From NCBI GenBank assembly GCA_001179505.1, contig CDMY01000272.1, forward strand, positions 62,001 to 126,000: 64,000 bases of DNA, read 5' to 3'. The notes under the pieces were generated by a model, which worked only from the letters and a program-made list of their open reading frames with translations, was not told the DNA's origin and did not search any database. Every line of letters begins with the position of its first letter. Position 1 is the first letter of the stretch. The stretch comes from Vitrella brassicaformis CCMP3155. Its lineage: Eukaryota > Protista > Chromerida. Positions 24,249 to 35,769 of this stretch are shown here, one piece after another. The position numbers and the translations under genes were made by a program.

Positions 24249-25387
24249 GATGGATGGATGGGATGAGCTCAGACAGGGAGCGAGGAGTGCCTTTTGTTGC
24301 TTGCTGTGATTTGTGAGACGGTCACTGATCGGTTTAGTCAATGAGGGAGCGTTATTTGTCTGAGAAAGAAAGGGAGGGAGGGTAGGAGGGTGCCGTGGAC
24401 GCCCACATGGAAGCACACATGGAGGTGAACATGGCACCCTGAGTGAGTGACCACCATGGACTTTCTCTTTTTCTCCGATGTGTCTGTGTTTCTGTGGGTG
24501 TTAAGTGGGTGTATGGGCGCGATGGGCGCATGAGACACATGAATCCACCACGGCCATGGCCGGCAAGGTGCGTGGTGGCTGGATGGCTGGCTGGGTGGGT
24601 GGACCAAGTGCAAACCAATGGATGGCTGATGTTGAGTGGCTTGCCGCATTCATGAGAACGAATTGGACAGACGTAAGTACTCTTTCATCATTGAAGCGAT
24701 GTCCGCTGCCATACACAAACATGTAGACAGACATCGTCTCCACATATGTCTGTCTATCGGTGCTTGGAGGGCGAGAGAAGGCATCGCGTCGTGTCCGGCA
24801 TCAATCCATCCATCATGTCGTTGCAAGCGCAGTCCACTGTAGCCGGTTGGTGGTGTTGCTGTTGGTGTTGATGAGATGCAGCCGCGGTGTCAGGCCTTTC
24901 TGAGCGTTGCAGGGCTGTCTGTGTCCAAAAGTCACAACTTAGTGAGCGCATCACAGCGCCGGCGAGTCGGCATGGTGCATTGGCGCATTCATGAGTGGAC
25001 CGGTATGTATGATCTATAGAATGGATCCCTTTTTCAATCGATGCATTCCAATGATTGCCGACAGTGCGTGTGGCTTACTGAGGGAAACATGTATTGACAC
25101 GCACACACACACATGAATGGTTCACCCACCCGCACGCACATGAGCCACCGAGTCGACAGACAGACAGACAGACAGAGTGTCCTACCGTCGGTCGGTCCGT
25201 TTGTCTGTTCGTAAGTACTTATTTACACAGGGACGGCAAGTGTGTTTTGTGGCTATCCTCTCTATCTCGCTGATCGAAGCGAATATATGAATGCCATCCA
25301 CGATAGACGGACCGACCACACTTTGGTTTGGGCACACGTGCGGAGCGATCCCCTCCCTCCCTCCCTCTGCCATTCACAGCAAACGAT

Positions 25388-25985
25388 CTATCTGTCGGCC
25401 TTGGGCACCCACCGCACCTCCCTCCGTCCCCCTCTATGTCTCCTTGTCCCCCTCCCCCGGTCTGACTCACGCGACCTCGACGTCGGACGGCTGGGCGCCG
25501 CCGGCCTCCTTGGGGCCGGTCCGCTCGACGCAGCGGCGGGCGCATGCTTGGCCCCTTGGGGCTGGGGCGGCGGGGGGGTCGTGGGCTCGCTGTCGCTCGA
25601 CGAGTCGGACTGGTCGATGTGCAGGATGTGGTTGCGGGCGGGCGACGAGGGGGCTGTGCACAGCGCCGTGGCGGCTGGTGGGGGCCAGGCTGATGTGCCG
25701 TCGTCACTCGCCAACCAGGGGTGCGCCAGCGCCTCGGCAGCTGCAGACAAGACAAAACAAAACGAGACATGCAGCGATTGATGCATTGGTAGTCGTCTTA
25801 GTTATTGACTTGACTAAGTCGATCAACACACCGGAGGCCATGCGCTGCTTCTTGTCTGCCGTCAGCAGCTTGCTGATGAGGTCCGCCGCCTCAGCCGACA
25901 CGCCGTCGCTTGGAAGGAAACGAGGCCCCTACATGACCACACACACCAGAACCGACACAGACGTCAGTTTGATGGATGGATGGCC

Positions 25986-26016
<31 letters not shown>

Positions 26017-27614
26017 GCCGTCGTCCCTCCCTCCCTCACTGACCCTCTTCATGGCCCGCAGGACGGCTGGCTCGATGCTGCCGTCGTCGGGGACGGTGGC
26101 GGGGATATCGAACGGAAACCGGCAGGTCAGCAGATAGTACCTGTATGTGTGTGTGTGTGTGTCAGAGGAGAGAGGGAGGACACACAACACACACAATAAG
26201 CAAACGACACGCCCATCAGACTATGCCGCTTGGGCCCTGTCTGCGCATGTGTGTGTTTGATTGTGTGTGGGGCGTACTTACAGTGAGACGCCGATCGCCC
26301 AGAGGTCGCTGGCGGGGCTGTAGTCAAACCCTTCGAAGCACTCAGGGGCCTGCACACACACACACACACACAGACAGACAGTCAGATGTGCAGGTTTGTT
26401 TAGGTGAGGCAGCTTTGCTTTGGTTTGCTTTGGTGTGTGCTGACTGACTGACTGACCAGAAACTGGGGCGTGCCGGCGATCCGTGTGACCTTGGGGCTGT
26501 GTGGCGTGATGATGTTGTCGAAGTCGATCAACATAACGCGCTCGCCGGTCCTCATTATGTTTCTCAGCGAAACATCCGCGTGCGTGATCTGCATATATTG
26601 ATTGCCACACATACGCACATAAAGACAGACCTTCATGGAGACAGACAGGCTTGCAAGGGTGCCTTCCTTCCTCTCAGAGGACTTGTTGACGTACATACGT
26701 ACGTCGTGGGTGTGCAGCACTTGGAGGCCTCGCAAGGCCCCTTGGGCTATGTGCCTGACCTCTCCCTCGCTCACGCGCCCGAGACCCATGCAGTCGCCCC
26801 CGCCCACCCACTCCATGACGATGTACAGGTACTCGTGGTCCCTCAGGACCTCGCTGGTGTAACAGAGGTGGGCGGAGTAGGGCAGACGTATGAGCCGCCG
26901 GTACTTGTCCAGGTACTCGGCCTCGGTGAACAGGGAGCTAGGGTACCTGCAGGCAGGCAGGCCAGAAAGAAAAGCCATACATACAATCAGCAGTAAGGAT
27001 CATCAATCAATACACACGGACGGACGGACGGGGAAGTATATATATATAAAAGTGCTGTGCTGGCTGTTTGGTAAACAAACTTGGGTGCATTCATTCATTC
27101 ATTTGTCCTTTCACCCAGCCAGATAGATAGCCATTCATTCACTAATTACTCACGTGAAGGCGTCACGGGGGAAGGCCTTGACGGCCCAGAAGAGGCCGGG
27201 GATGAACTCGTTATCCACCTTGAACACATAACCGTTCCTGTGAGTCAACAGACAGACAAACCGTCGATGGATGGATGACACACATAGACATACACACACG
27301 CACTCTGTCTGTCTGTGTGTGTGTGTGGCTCACTTACGCGCCTTCGCCCGCCTCTCCGGCGTACTGGAAGCCGTTCTCAGCCAACATATGGCCGAAATCG
27401 TCGTACGTCTGCAGCATCACACACAGAAGGCATGCATGCAAGAGCCGCCAATCAATCAGCCAGCCGGCTGTCTCTCTGTCTGTCTGTGCCCCCCGCCAAG
27501 TGAACGTACCTTGGTCGTTCCGTCGTCAACAAGGTCGGCCTTGCCCTCAGGCTCATCCCCTGTGGCCAACTTGGTCATGCTAACGCCGCTCAGGCCGCAC
27601 GGCATCGACGGCAT
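25388..27614 (-). CDS. Ser/Thr protein kinase (CAMK-like) with atypical HADVSLRN catalytic loop and DFD motif; ends approximate
   Basis: Spliced motifs GEAGEGA|NGYVFKV..WAVKAF, LFTEAEYL, YLYIVMEWVGGGD, ITHADVSLRNIM, LIDFD, IAGTPQFL|APE, SDLWAIGVSL|YYLLTCRFPF, AADLISKLLT..KQRMAS|AAEALAHPWL. Confidence 0.9.
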
Positions 27615-28026
27615 CTCAATCACACCAGCAGCTGCAGCACCAAGGCAGCCGCACCCGGCCTACTACACGGACTTGCACGCGCCACACAGCGCCGTTCGAA
27701 CTTCCGAGGCGAAAGCACTGCCCGCCGACTCGCCGGCCGCCGCTGTGACACTGATGCGCTCACGAAGGAAGTTGTGTGTGACTTTTGGACACAGTTGGGG
27801 TCCGCAGACAGCCCTGCAACGCTCACGAAGGCGCTCGTCGTCGCAAAGCCGAAAAGGGGAGAGAAAGGGGTCGACTGGCAGCTCGCAGAAGGAAGGAGAG
27901 GAGAAAGAGGGGGAGGAGCGACGCATTTGCAGCTGCAAGAAGGCGGCGGGTGAGATTCACTCGAAGATCTGTCATTTTAACGAAACACATGTGTGCACCC
28001 TGCTGTGTTCAGGTGTTTCATCTACG

Positions 28027-29155
28027 ATGGCCAGCTCGTCAGCGGCGGACAAGCCAAACCAGGTAAGACCATGGCACTGGCAGGAAATCGTTGATGTTGA
28101 ACCTGTGTGCTCTTTCTGTCTGTGTCAGAATTCACTGCGCTGTGCTCTCGTGGTGGACGGAGCGAACTTCATTTTGGGCTGGCACGGCTACCAGAGGCCG
28201 AAAACCGACAAGGTCAACATGCCCTACCAAGTGTTCGAGCACCACATCACGCGAATGATCAGCGACTTCCAAGACAAGACCGGGCGCACAATACAGCTGG
28301 TGGACGGGCACGTCACGTTCGTCAATGCGGATCCTGTTCGGCGCATGGATCGCCTCGAGGAATTCCTCTCTAGCCGCTACAGAGGCGATGAGCTTGAGAC
28401 TCAGCTGAAATGGGCGAGGAATGACAAGAACAAGCTCATTCAGCTTCACAACCAAATTGCTGGCAAGAATGCCCGATATCCCTTCCAAGTAAAGCTGGTG
28501 GGCCTCAAGCCGAAGAGCCTCAAGCAGTCGGGAGGGGATACGCTGATCGCCGCGTGCCTGACGAAAGCGGCGATGGACAAGGGCGTGAACGGTGTGATAC
28601 TGTTCAGCGGCGATGGGGACTTCTGCCCCGTCCTGAAGATGATCAAAGAAACAATCTTACCCTTAACCACCACCACCACCACGGAAACTGTCCCTGATCC
28701 GAAGGTGTTCTTTGTCGCGTCGTTCGCCGCTTCACTCTCGTAATACATACTAACCCTCAGCACGCATGAGCGCCTGTTCGTGTGGTGTACGATGCTTTCG
28801 GTGTGTTTTCTGCAGTGACGAGCTGAGAAAAGAAGCGCTCATCGTGCACGAGATCCACAAGGATGACGTGGCACCTACATCGATGCCGAGGCCTCAGCGA
28901 ACTTGGCCCAGACACCAGACCCGCGAGATAAAGCAGTTCACGTTGATGGCGAGTTGGGGAGGTGCAGACGCATGTGAGGAAGAGGTCGGGGATGGCGCAG
29001 GCCTCCCTCTTAATGAGACGGAAGATGACGATGAAGATGGAGAGGGAGGCGTGGTCACTCTTGATCGAAATATGCCCTGTGACAACATCATTGTTGACCC
29101 TGACATGCCCTGCTGTGACGACTTCTATTTGTTTTTTGGCTCAGCTTGGAAGTAG
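28027..29155 (+). CDS. NYN domain (LabA/DUF88-like, PIN fold) putative ribonuclease, 3 exons
   Basis: ALVVDGANF, LKQSGGDTLIA, VILFSGDGDFCPVL, FFVASFAASL|SDELRKEA. The NYN acidic residues (DGxN, D of GGDT, both D of GDGDF) are present. Introns lie at about 28062-28127 and 28740-28816, and the acidic tail runs to TAG 29155. Confidence 0.85.
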
Positions 29156-29774
29156 GTAGACGTAGGTGTTGGTCACATCATCCCGAGAAGAGGCAAGGAC
29201 GAGTCATATCTTTTGCTCAAGTGTAGAATATGTGTGTGTGGTCGAGATGATCTGAGGGCTGTCTTGTATTGAGGAGTGGGTATTTGGGGCTGTGGGGAGG
29301 TGGACTGCCATACCCTGTGGGCTGCGAGTGTGATTGGATCACCAATTCGTCATGTTATGTGATAGAGTGCATCCTGAAGAGAGGCTTGTCTTCTGATCGA
29401 TCAAATGTCTCCGAATGTCTGGAGGGACGATGAGCTTGGAGAGGGAGGGGCTTTGTATTTTGCTTTGTGCTCTTTTGCACTGCGCCGATCCGATATGTGC
29501 GGAAGTTGGCAATTGCGTCGTCGATGGGGACAATGTTGATGATGCATGGCACTGTCTCGACTACTTGTTCAATCAATTGCAGTGGTCCATTCCATCCGGG
29601 CAGCTCATGCGCCATGCAGCAGACGTCACAACCACCACAGCCAACACGTGGACACAACACTCACTCACTCCTTATGCAGCACCCAGCCCAGTGAAGCCCC
29701 ATATCCTACGCACATCCACATCCCCGAATACCATCAATCCATCCTACTCCCTCCCCTCCCTCCCCTCTAGTGCG

Positions 29775-32700
29775 TCAGTTGTATGCCGCCCCGCCCCCCT
29801 CAGGCATGTTCTCTATCGGCGGCACCACCCGTGCCCTCTTCCCCCCCTCGCCCCCTAACGCCTCACTCAACATCTGGCCCGTCTCGCCCATCCCCTCTAC
29901 CTTGCCCTCCTCCTCTGCCACTGCTGGCGGCATCTGCGTCGCATCGAGCTCGTCGGCCATCAGGGGCTGCTGCTGCTGCTGCTGTTGCTGCTGCTGGCCG
30001 GCCTCCTCTGCGCCCTGGTCGACCTTGGCTGTCACCTCCACGGCTACGGCGTCCTTGTCTGGGATCTGGCCGTCGTACGGCGGCATCGTCATGGGGATGT
30101 CGAAGCACCCGTACGTCAGCAGGCGATACTCATCCGACTACAGGCACGCACCACACACACACACGCATTCATCCAAGGGGAAAAGGATAAAAGAGAGAGG
30201 GGGAGAATGCAGGGGACCTACCTTGATGTAGACGGCGCTGGCGATTGCGAATGTGGCTAGGAATGCGGGCCAGTCGAGGTTGGGTTTGGGTCGTGCTGTG
30301 CGGCGGCCTGACGGCTCCTGCTTCTGCAGTGCTGCGGCCGTCCAGCTGCCGCGGGACGTCGAGAGGTCGGGCGGCGGGGGAGGCGGGTTGAGGGAGAAGT
30401 GCTCACAGATCGACTTGAAATCCTCACGCACCTGCACACACAACACGACCCACACACATGACATGACATGACATGACATGACATGAGGGAGGGAGGGAAT
30501 GGCGGGCGTGGCGTGACCGCTCACCTTCTCAATGGGCACGTGTGCGAGTACGAAGGCCGGGTGGGCGGCGAAGTTCATCTTGCCCAGCAGATCCTCTAGC
30601 GTGATGGCCACATTGGCCCCCTCACCACCACCACCCCCCTCCCCGCCCCCCTGCTGCTCGTTGCTATCAGCCCATCCCTCAGCACTTGGTGCCGGCGACC
30701 CGGTGGCCGCCTGCCAGGCCTTCTGCGTCCACTCCATGCGACGGGTGCTCATCCCGCCCTGAATGAGACACGCATGTGGTATGGGTGTGTGGGGGAGGAG
30801 GGAGGGGGAGGCTGGTGCATGGTATGTACCTGGAGCATGTCGAAGAAGGGTCCGTAGTGGAAGTGCCCGTCCATGTCAGCGTCGAAGGCCGAGAAGATGA
30901 TGTCTCGCTCCACCGGCGTCAGGCCCAAACTCATCACGCGACACAGACGATGCCAATCCGACTTGGTCAGCACCTACGGACACACACACACACACACACT
31001 TACGGCCCGTGCACCGATCCTTCCTCGCCCCGCACTTGAGCGTACCTGTTTGCCGAATCCGTCGTACTTGTCTACAGCAGCGAGTAGGTTCTTCCACGGC
31101 TGCAGCAGCCGCGTCTGCGCCAGTCGGCCCCGCAGCCGACGGCAGATGAGCTCCAGGTTGTTGGAGAACACGTCACCAAACGCGAAGGTCAGGAACGACT
31201 TGGTCTGCACCCATCCCATGCAGCACATCCATCCATCCATCCACTTGTTGGCCCGCCCCTTCCCCCAGCTCACAGTGGGCGACTGGCGTGCGTCAGGTGC
31301 TCCCTCTAGGACGGGCAGGCGCAGGAATCGGCCGTATGAGCGTGGCGAGGGCGGGACGTCGATGTTGCGCGGCTGTGGGCCGGGGTGGTACGGCGGCTGG
31401 GGGTAGTCTTTGGGCAGCGTCTTGCCGGTGGGCGGGGTGGTGTCATAGAGGAAGGGGTGCGGCTTGGCGTAGTACTGGTTGTCATCCTTGAACAGCTGCC
31501 GGTCGTAGATGTGCTCCTCGGCTGCACACACAAAGAGAGACCAGCAATGGTCATCCTGCTTATGTGTGTGCGTGTGTGGATGGTTGTTGGTTTGGGTCGT
31601 ACGCTTGCGTGGCGGGTTTGGCGGCTCGCGTGCTGTGGGTGGTCTGAGTGCATCGTCCTCCTCCTCCTTGGCCGCCTCAGCTAGGTCCAGGTCAGGATCT
31701 ACCAGCCCCCAACAACGGCTAACCATCGCTGAACCACAGACCACAAGCCACACAACACACAACACACACATGGGTTGGTTGTCGGTTCGTGTGTGTGTTG
31801 TGTGTCGTGTGTGTGTGCGGCAAAGGTTACTGTTGAAGTATGCATCATTCTGGTCGTCGACGAGTGCACTGACGACCGAGTAGTACTGGATCCAATCGGC
31901 CCCGGTCACCATCACGTCGGCATCGTCCACACCACACACGCGATCGCCGCCGTGCTGACACACAGAGGGAGAGACAGGGGGAGGAGGAGGAGGAATGCAT
32001 GTGTGTGTATGTGTGTGTGTCGGCGGGCACTCACCACGGCGGCAATGAATTTGGTGATTGATGTCTCGAACTCCTTGGCGATGAGCTCCGCCTCCGCCCG
32101 GCCCTGATCGACCAGCGGATGGGCGCCGGCCTGCAACACACAGACACACACACATCCATCCATCCATCCAGCCAGCCACAGACATACAAGAGCTCTCTCC
32201 ACTAGACGAGAGGCAACCAACGGACCTGGAAGTTGTGTTTGATGACGCTGAGTGGTATCTGTCCGCCGGCCCTGCCCCCCATCTCGTCCCGGTCGAGGGC
32301 GTGGAAGGCGCACTCGACCATCACACGGCGAGCCGGCTTGATCGGACCCCACAGAACGGCCAACAGCCTAAGGAAATGACAGACAGACACGTGTCGCATG
32401 GACGGATGTGTGTGTATGTGTGTGGATGTGTGTGTGAGGGTCGGTGGTTTACTTGGTGACGGGTACGAGGGCGATGGGTTTGCCAGCGACTGTGTGTGTG
32501 TGTTTGGCGATGGACGTGTCGGCGAAGAGGGCGGCCTCCTCGGAGGGGCTCGCGTGGAGACCACACTGGACACACGCACGACGAAACTCTCCCATGTCTG
32601 AACCAAACACACAGACACAGATACAGATACAGATACAAGGAAAGGAATGATCGGCCCTCTATGTGTGTGTGTGTGTGTTACCGATGTGGTCGTCATGGTC

Positions 32701-35655
32701 ATCATCGGCCTCTATGAACGCCTGCACCACTTCCACCGCCGCCAACAAACCCCGACTTGCTGGACAACACACAGAGACAGAGGGAGAGAGACACACACGT
32801 CGTTCAACTGGTTACGTATGAGTAGCTGTGCCCCCATCTGTTTTGCCTACCTATGTTAGCTCTGATGCGCTGGAACGTCTCGGCCAGGTCGATGGCCGAC
32901 GTGGGCGCACGGTACTCAACTGACGGACACACACATCGACATGAGAGCAGATGGCTCTGCAAGGATCACGCCCCCCATCGCCCACCCACCCACCGGTCTC
33001 ATGCATTGTGTCCTGGTGCCAGTGGTGCAGATCGACACGCTGCCGAGCCTGCGTGCCCGCAGCAGGACCTAACCACACACAGTGAGTCGGTGCAATGCAT
33101 TGGTGTGTTCCGCGGCCAATCCCATTGATTGACCTCACTCACCGGCAGCCGGGTCGACTTTGAGTGCGCTGTCGAAGGCGATGGCCGGCTTGTCGAGGTC
33201 CCACACACGCGTCACCAACTCTATCATATCACCGTGCCTGACACACACACACACACACAGATCCATAATGAGACACAGGGTGTGTGTGTGTGGGTGGGTG
33301 TGTGGGTGTTACTTGTAGTAGTATCCGGCGATGAATTCGTTGTAGGCGATGAACTCCTCCCATGTCACCGTCTTGTTGACGTTGCGAGCGGCCGAACCGG
33401 TGCCACGCTGAACACATACACACAGAGACCATGATATCACGGCAATCGATGGGTGTGCAATCGTCTTACTCGGTAGTTGAGCACGCCCTGCAGCGACTCC
33501 ACTGCAAACGTCACACACACACACGCATATTGTGTATGTGGGCTTATTGGGTCTCTCCGTATTGTATTGTGTGTATGGCTGTGTACCGAAGTCCTTGAGG
33601 GCCCTCTGCTCCACACCCTCCTGGCGATTCGCTGCCACCTGACCCCACACACACAACACACAACACACAACACACAACACACGAAATGGCATCTTTCCCT
33701 GCCAGGTATGTGCGTGTCGGTATGGCTATGTCAGGCCACCTGTGGGTGTCTGGCGGCATTGTACAGTCGTATGATGTCGTCCATCGGCACAACCTTCTCG
33801 CCCTCAACCATCTCCTGAGGCACACACACACACACACAGACAACACAACCAAGAACACCACTTCTGCGAATCCGTGTGGCTGNNNNNNNNNNNNNNNNNN
33901 NNNNNNNNNNNNNNNNNNNNNNNNNNNNNNNNNNNNNNNNNNNNNNNNNNNNNNNNNNNNNNNNNNNNNNNNNNNNNNNNNNNNNNNNNNNNNNNNNNNN
34001 NNNNNNNNNNNNNNNNNNNNNNNNNNNNNNNNNNNNNNNNNNNNNNNNNNNNNNNNNNNNNNNNNNNNNNNNNNNNNNNNNNNNNNNNNNNNNNNNNNNN
34101 NNNNNNNNNNNNNNNNNNNNNNNNNNNNNNNNNNNNNNNNNNNNNNNNNNNNNNNNNNNNNNNNNNNNNNNNNNNNNNNNNNGGGGGGGGGGGGGGGGGG
34201 GGGGCAAGGCGGTTTTCCCTACAGTGAGGCGACGGAAGGCCTCGCGCACCACATCCCACACGGCCTTGCTCAGAGCAGCCTGCAGCCAACCGATCCATCC
34301 ATCCATCCATCCGTATGCGTGTGCACGCCCTCTGCCTGGCCCCCGGCCATCCTCCCAGCCACCCACCTTGAGCTCGGCGATGAGCAGGTCGTATGCGAAG
34401 GAGCCGCTGTGATGCGGGGCGCGGAAACGAGTGAACAGCTGCACATACAGAACCCACACACACGTCCGTCCTGCCTGTGTATGTGTCTGATATGGTGTAG
34501 TTGTGTGCCAGTTTGGTGTCATCTGAGTCGATTTCGAGCCGTGCGACGGTGCCGCGGCGCAGGACCACCATCAGGTCTTGCAGCGATATCATGCGGCTAT
34601 CTGAACGACCCATACACCCACAGCAACGTACACACACACGCACACACACACTCCCTCCCCCCTCCCCCCTCCCACCCCCAGGCCCTGGGTGGGTGTGTGT
34701 GTTCTCACTTGCTACGTCATGGTCTGTGAACTCCAGGGCGAAACGCACCAACGCATACGGATCCTGAGGGACAGGACAGGAAACCGCACACAAGGATGCA
34801 GACACCCTTTCCTGTGTGTCATGTACCGCCCGTACCTACCGTATCGGCTATGTAGTCCTTCATCCTCTGCACCAGCTGGTCTGCCGCAGGGATGGAGGCC
34901 GTGTCCAGCTTGGCCTCCCCCACAGATGGGCCACCCGGCCTGCAAACAACGACACACGCAAGGACGCATCCTCTCAGGTCAGGTGTGTGCGTCGTGCAAG
35001 ATATGTCGCATCCTCTCCCCACCACCCCACCCACCCCTGCAGTGTGGCGATCTTCCCCGTCTGCGCCAACTCGTCGCTGCCGCGGACCTTCCCACTGCAA
35101 CCATGGAACCAACACGTACACCGACAAAGGAGTGCGTGGTCTGGTGATGCATCCGATGTGCGCGGGCAGTGCCTACTGTACCTGCAGAATGCGACAGCGA
35201 AGTCGCGGTACGGCATGGCAGCGCTGACATCGCCCCCGGCATACCGACTGAAGATCTGCTGCATCACCTGCACAGACAGATGGCCATGGAACAAACCAAA
35301 CCGCATAACATACCAGGCCTTCCCTGCGCCATCTCTCCCCTCTCCTCTCCTCTCCTCTCCTCTCCTCTCACACACATGGTCTGGCAGATGTCCAGCGTAC
35401 GGCTCCAGGCTCTTCTTGAACCTCGCGAAGTCGCACCGGCCAGTGTCCCCAAGATCATGGTACCTGGGGGCGATTGGAAGCCACATGAAGCTCATTTCCA
35501 TCCATCTCCGTCCAGATCTCTCCGTTTCCCCGTGCCCTCGTCACCCACTTGAACAGTTTGCCGACGAATGCCGCGGGAGCGGCGGGGTTGGCCGCCCGCT
35601 GCACCAGTCGGCTGAGCAGCTCCTCCTCAACACGATTTAGGTCCTTCGCGTCCAT
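29775..35655 (-). CDS. Large multi-EF-hand calcyphosin-like protein with repeated modules; many exons, spans a gap
   Basis: Repeated calcyphosin-type elements: LYNAARHPQV, VTWEEFIAYNEFI, AHPLVDQGRAEAELIAKEF..WIQYYSVVSALVDDQNDAYF..MVSRCWGL, MNFAAHPAFV..DWPAFLATFAIASA. EF-hand loops include FSAFDADMDGHFHY. The start MDAKDLNRVEEELL is at about 35655. Confidence 0.8.
33883..34182. other. Assembly gap (300 N) with a poly-G right flank, inside the calcyphosin-like gene
   Basis: Run of exactly 300 N followed by a G run to about 34204. Confidence 0.98.
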
Positions 35656-35769
35656 TCTACGCCACGAGCCGGAGCCATGTAAATTTGTTTGGCGTTTCAT
35701 TCTGACCCTGGCCGAATCGCGAACGATGAGATTTGTTTGAAGCGCTTTTTCTCGGGATCATCAAACATC

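Noticed and set aside
27271-28026. 5' part of the 490-aa ORF upstream of the NYN domain
   Set aside because: It overlaps kinase exons on the opposite strand and microsatellite introns. A better start is ATG 28027 with a clean intron to the NYN exon.
29339-29770. Opposing ORFs of about 100-147 aa between the NYN and calcyphosin-like genes
   Set aside because: No recognisable motif or convincing splice linkage was found; they are probably 3' UTR. RNA-seq would be needed to rescue either one.
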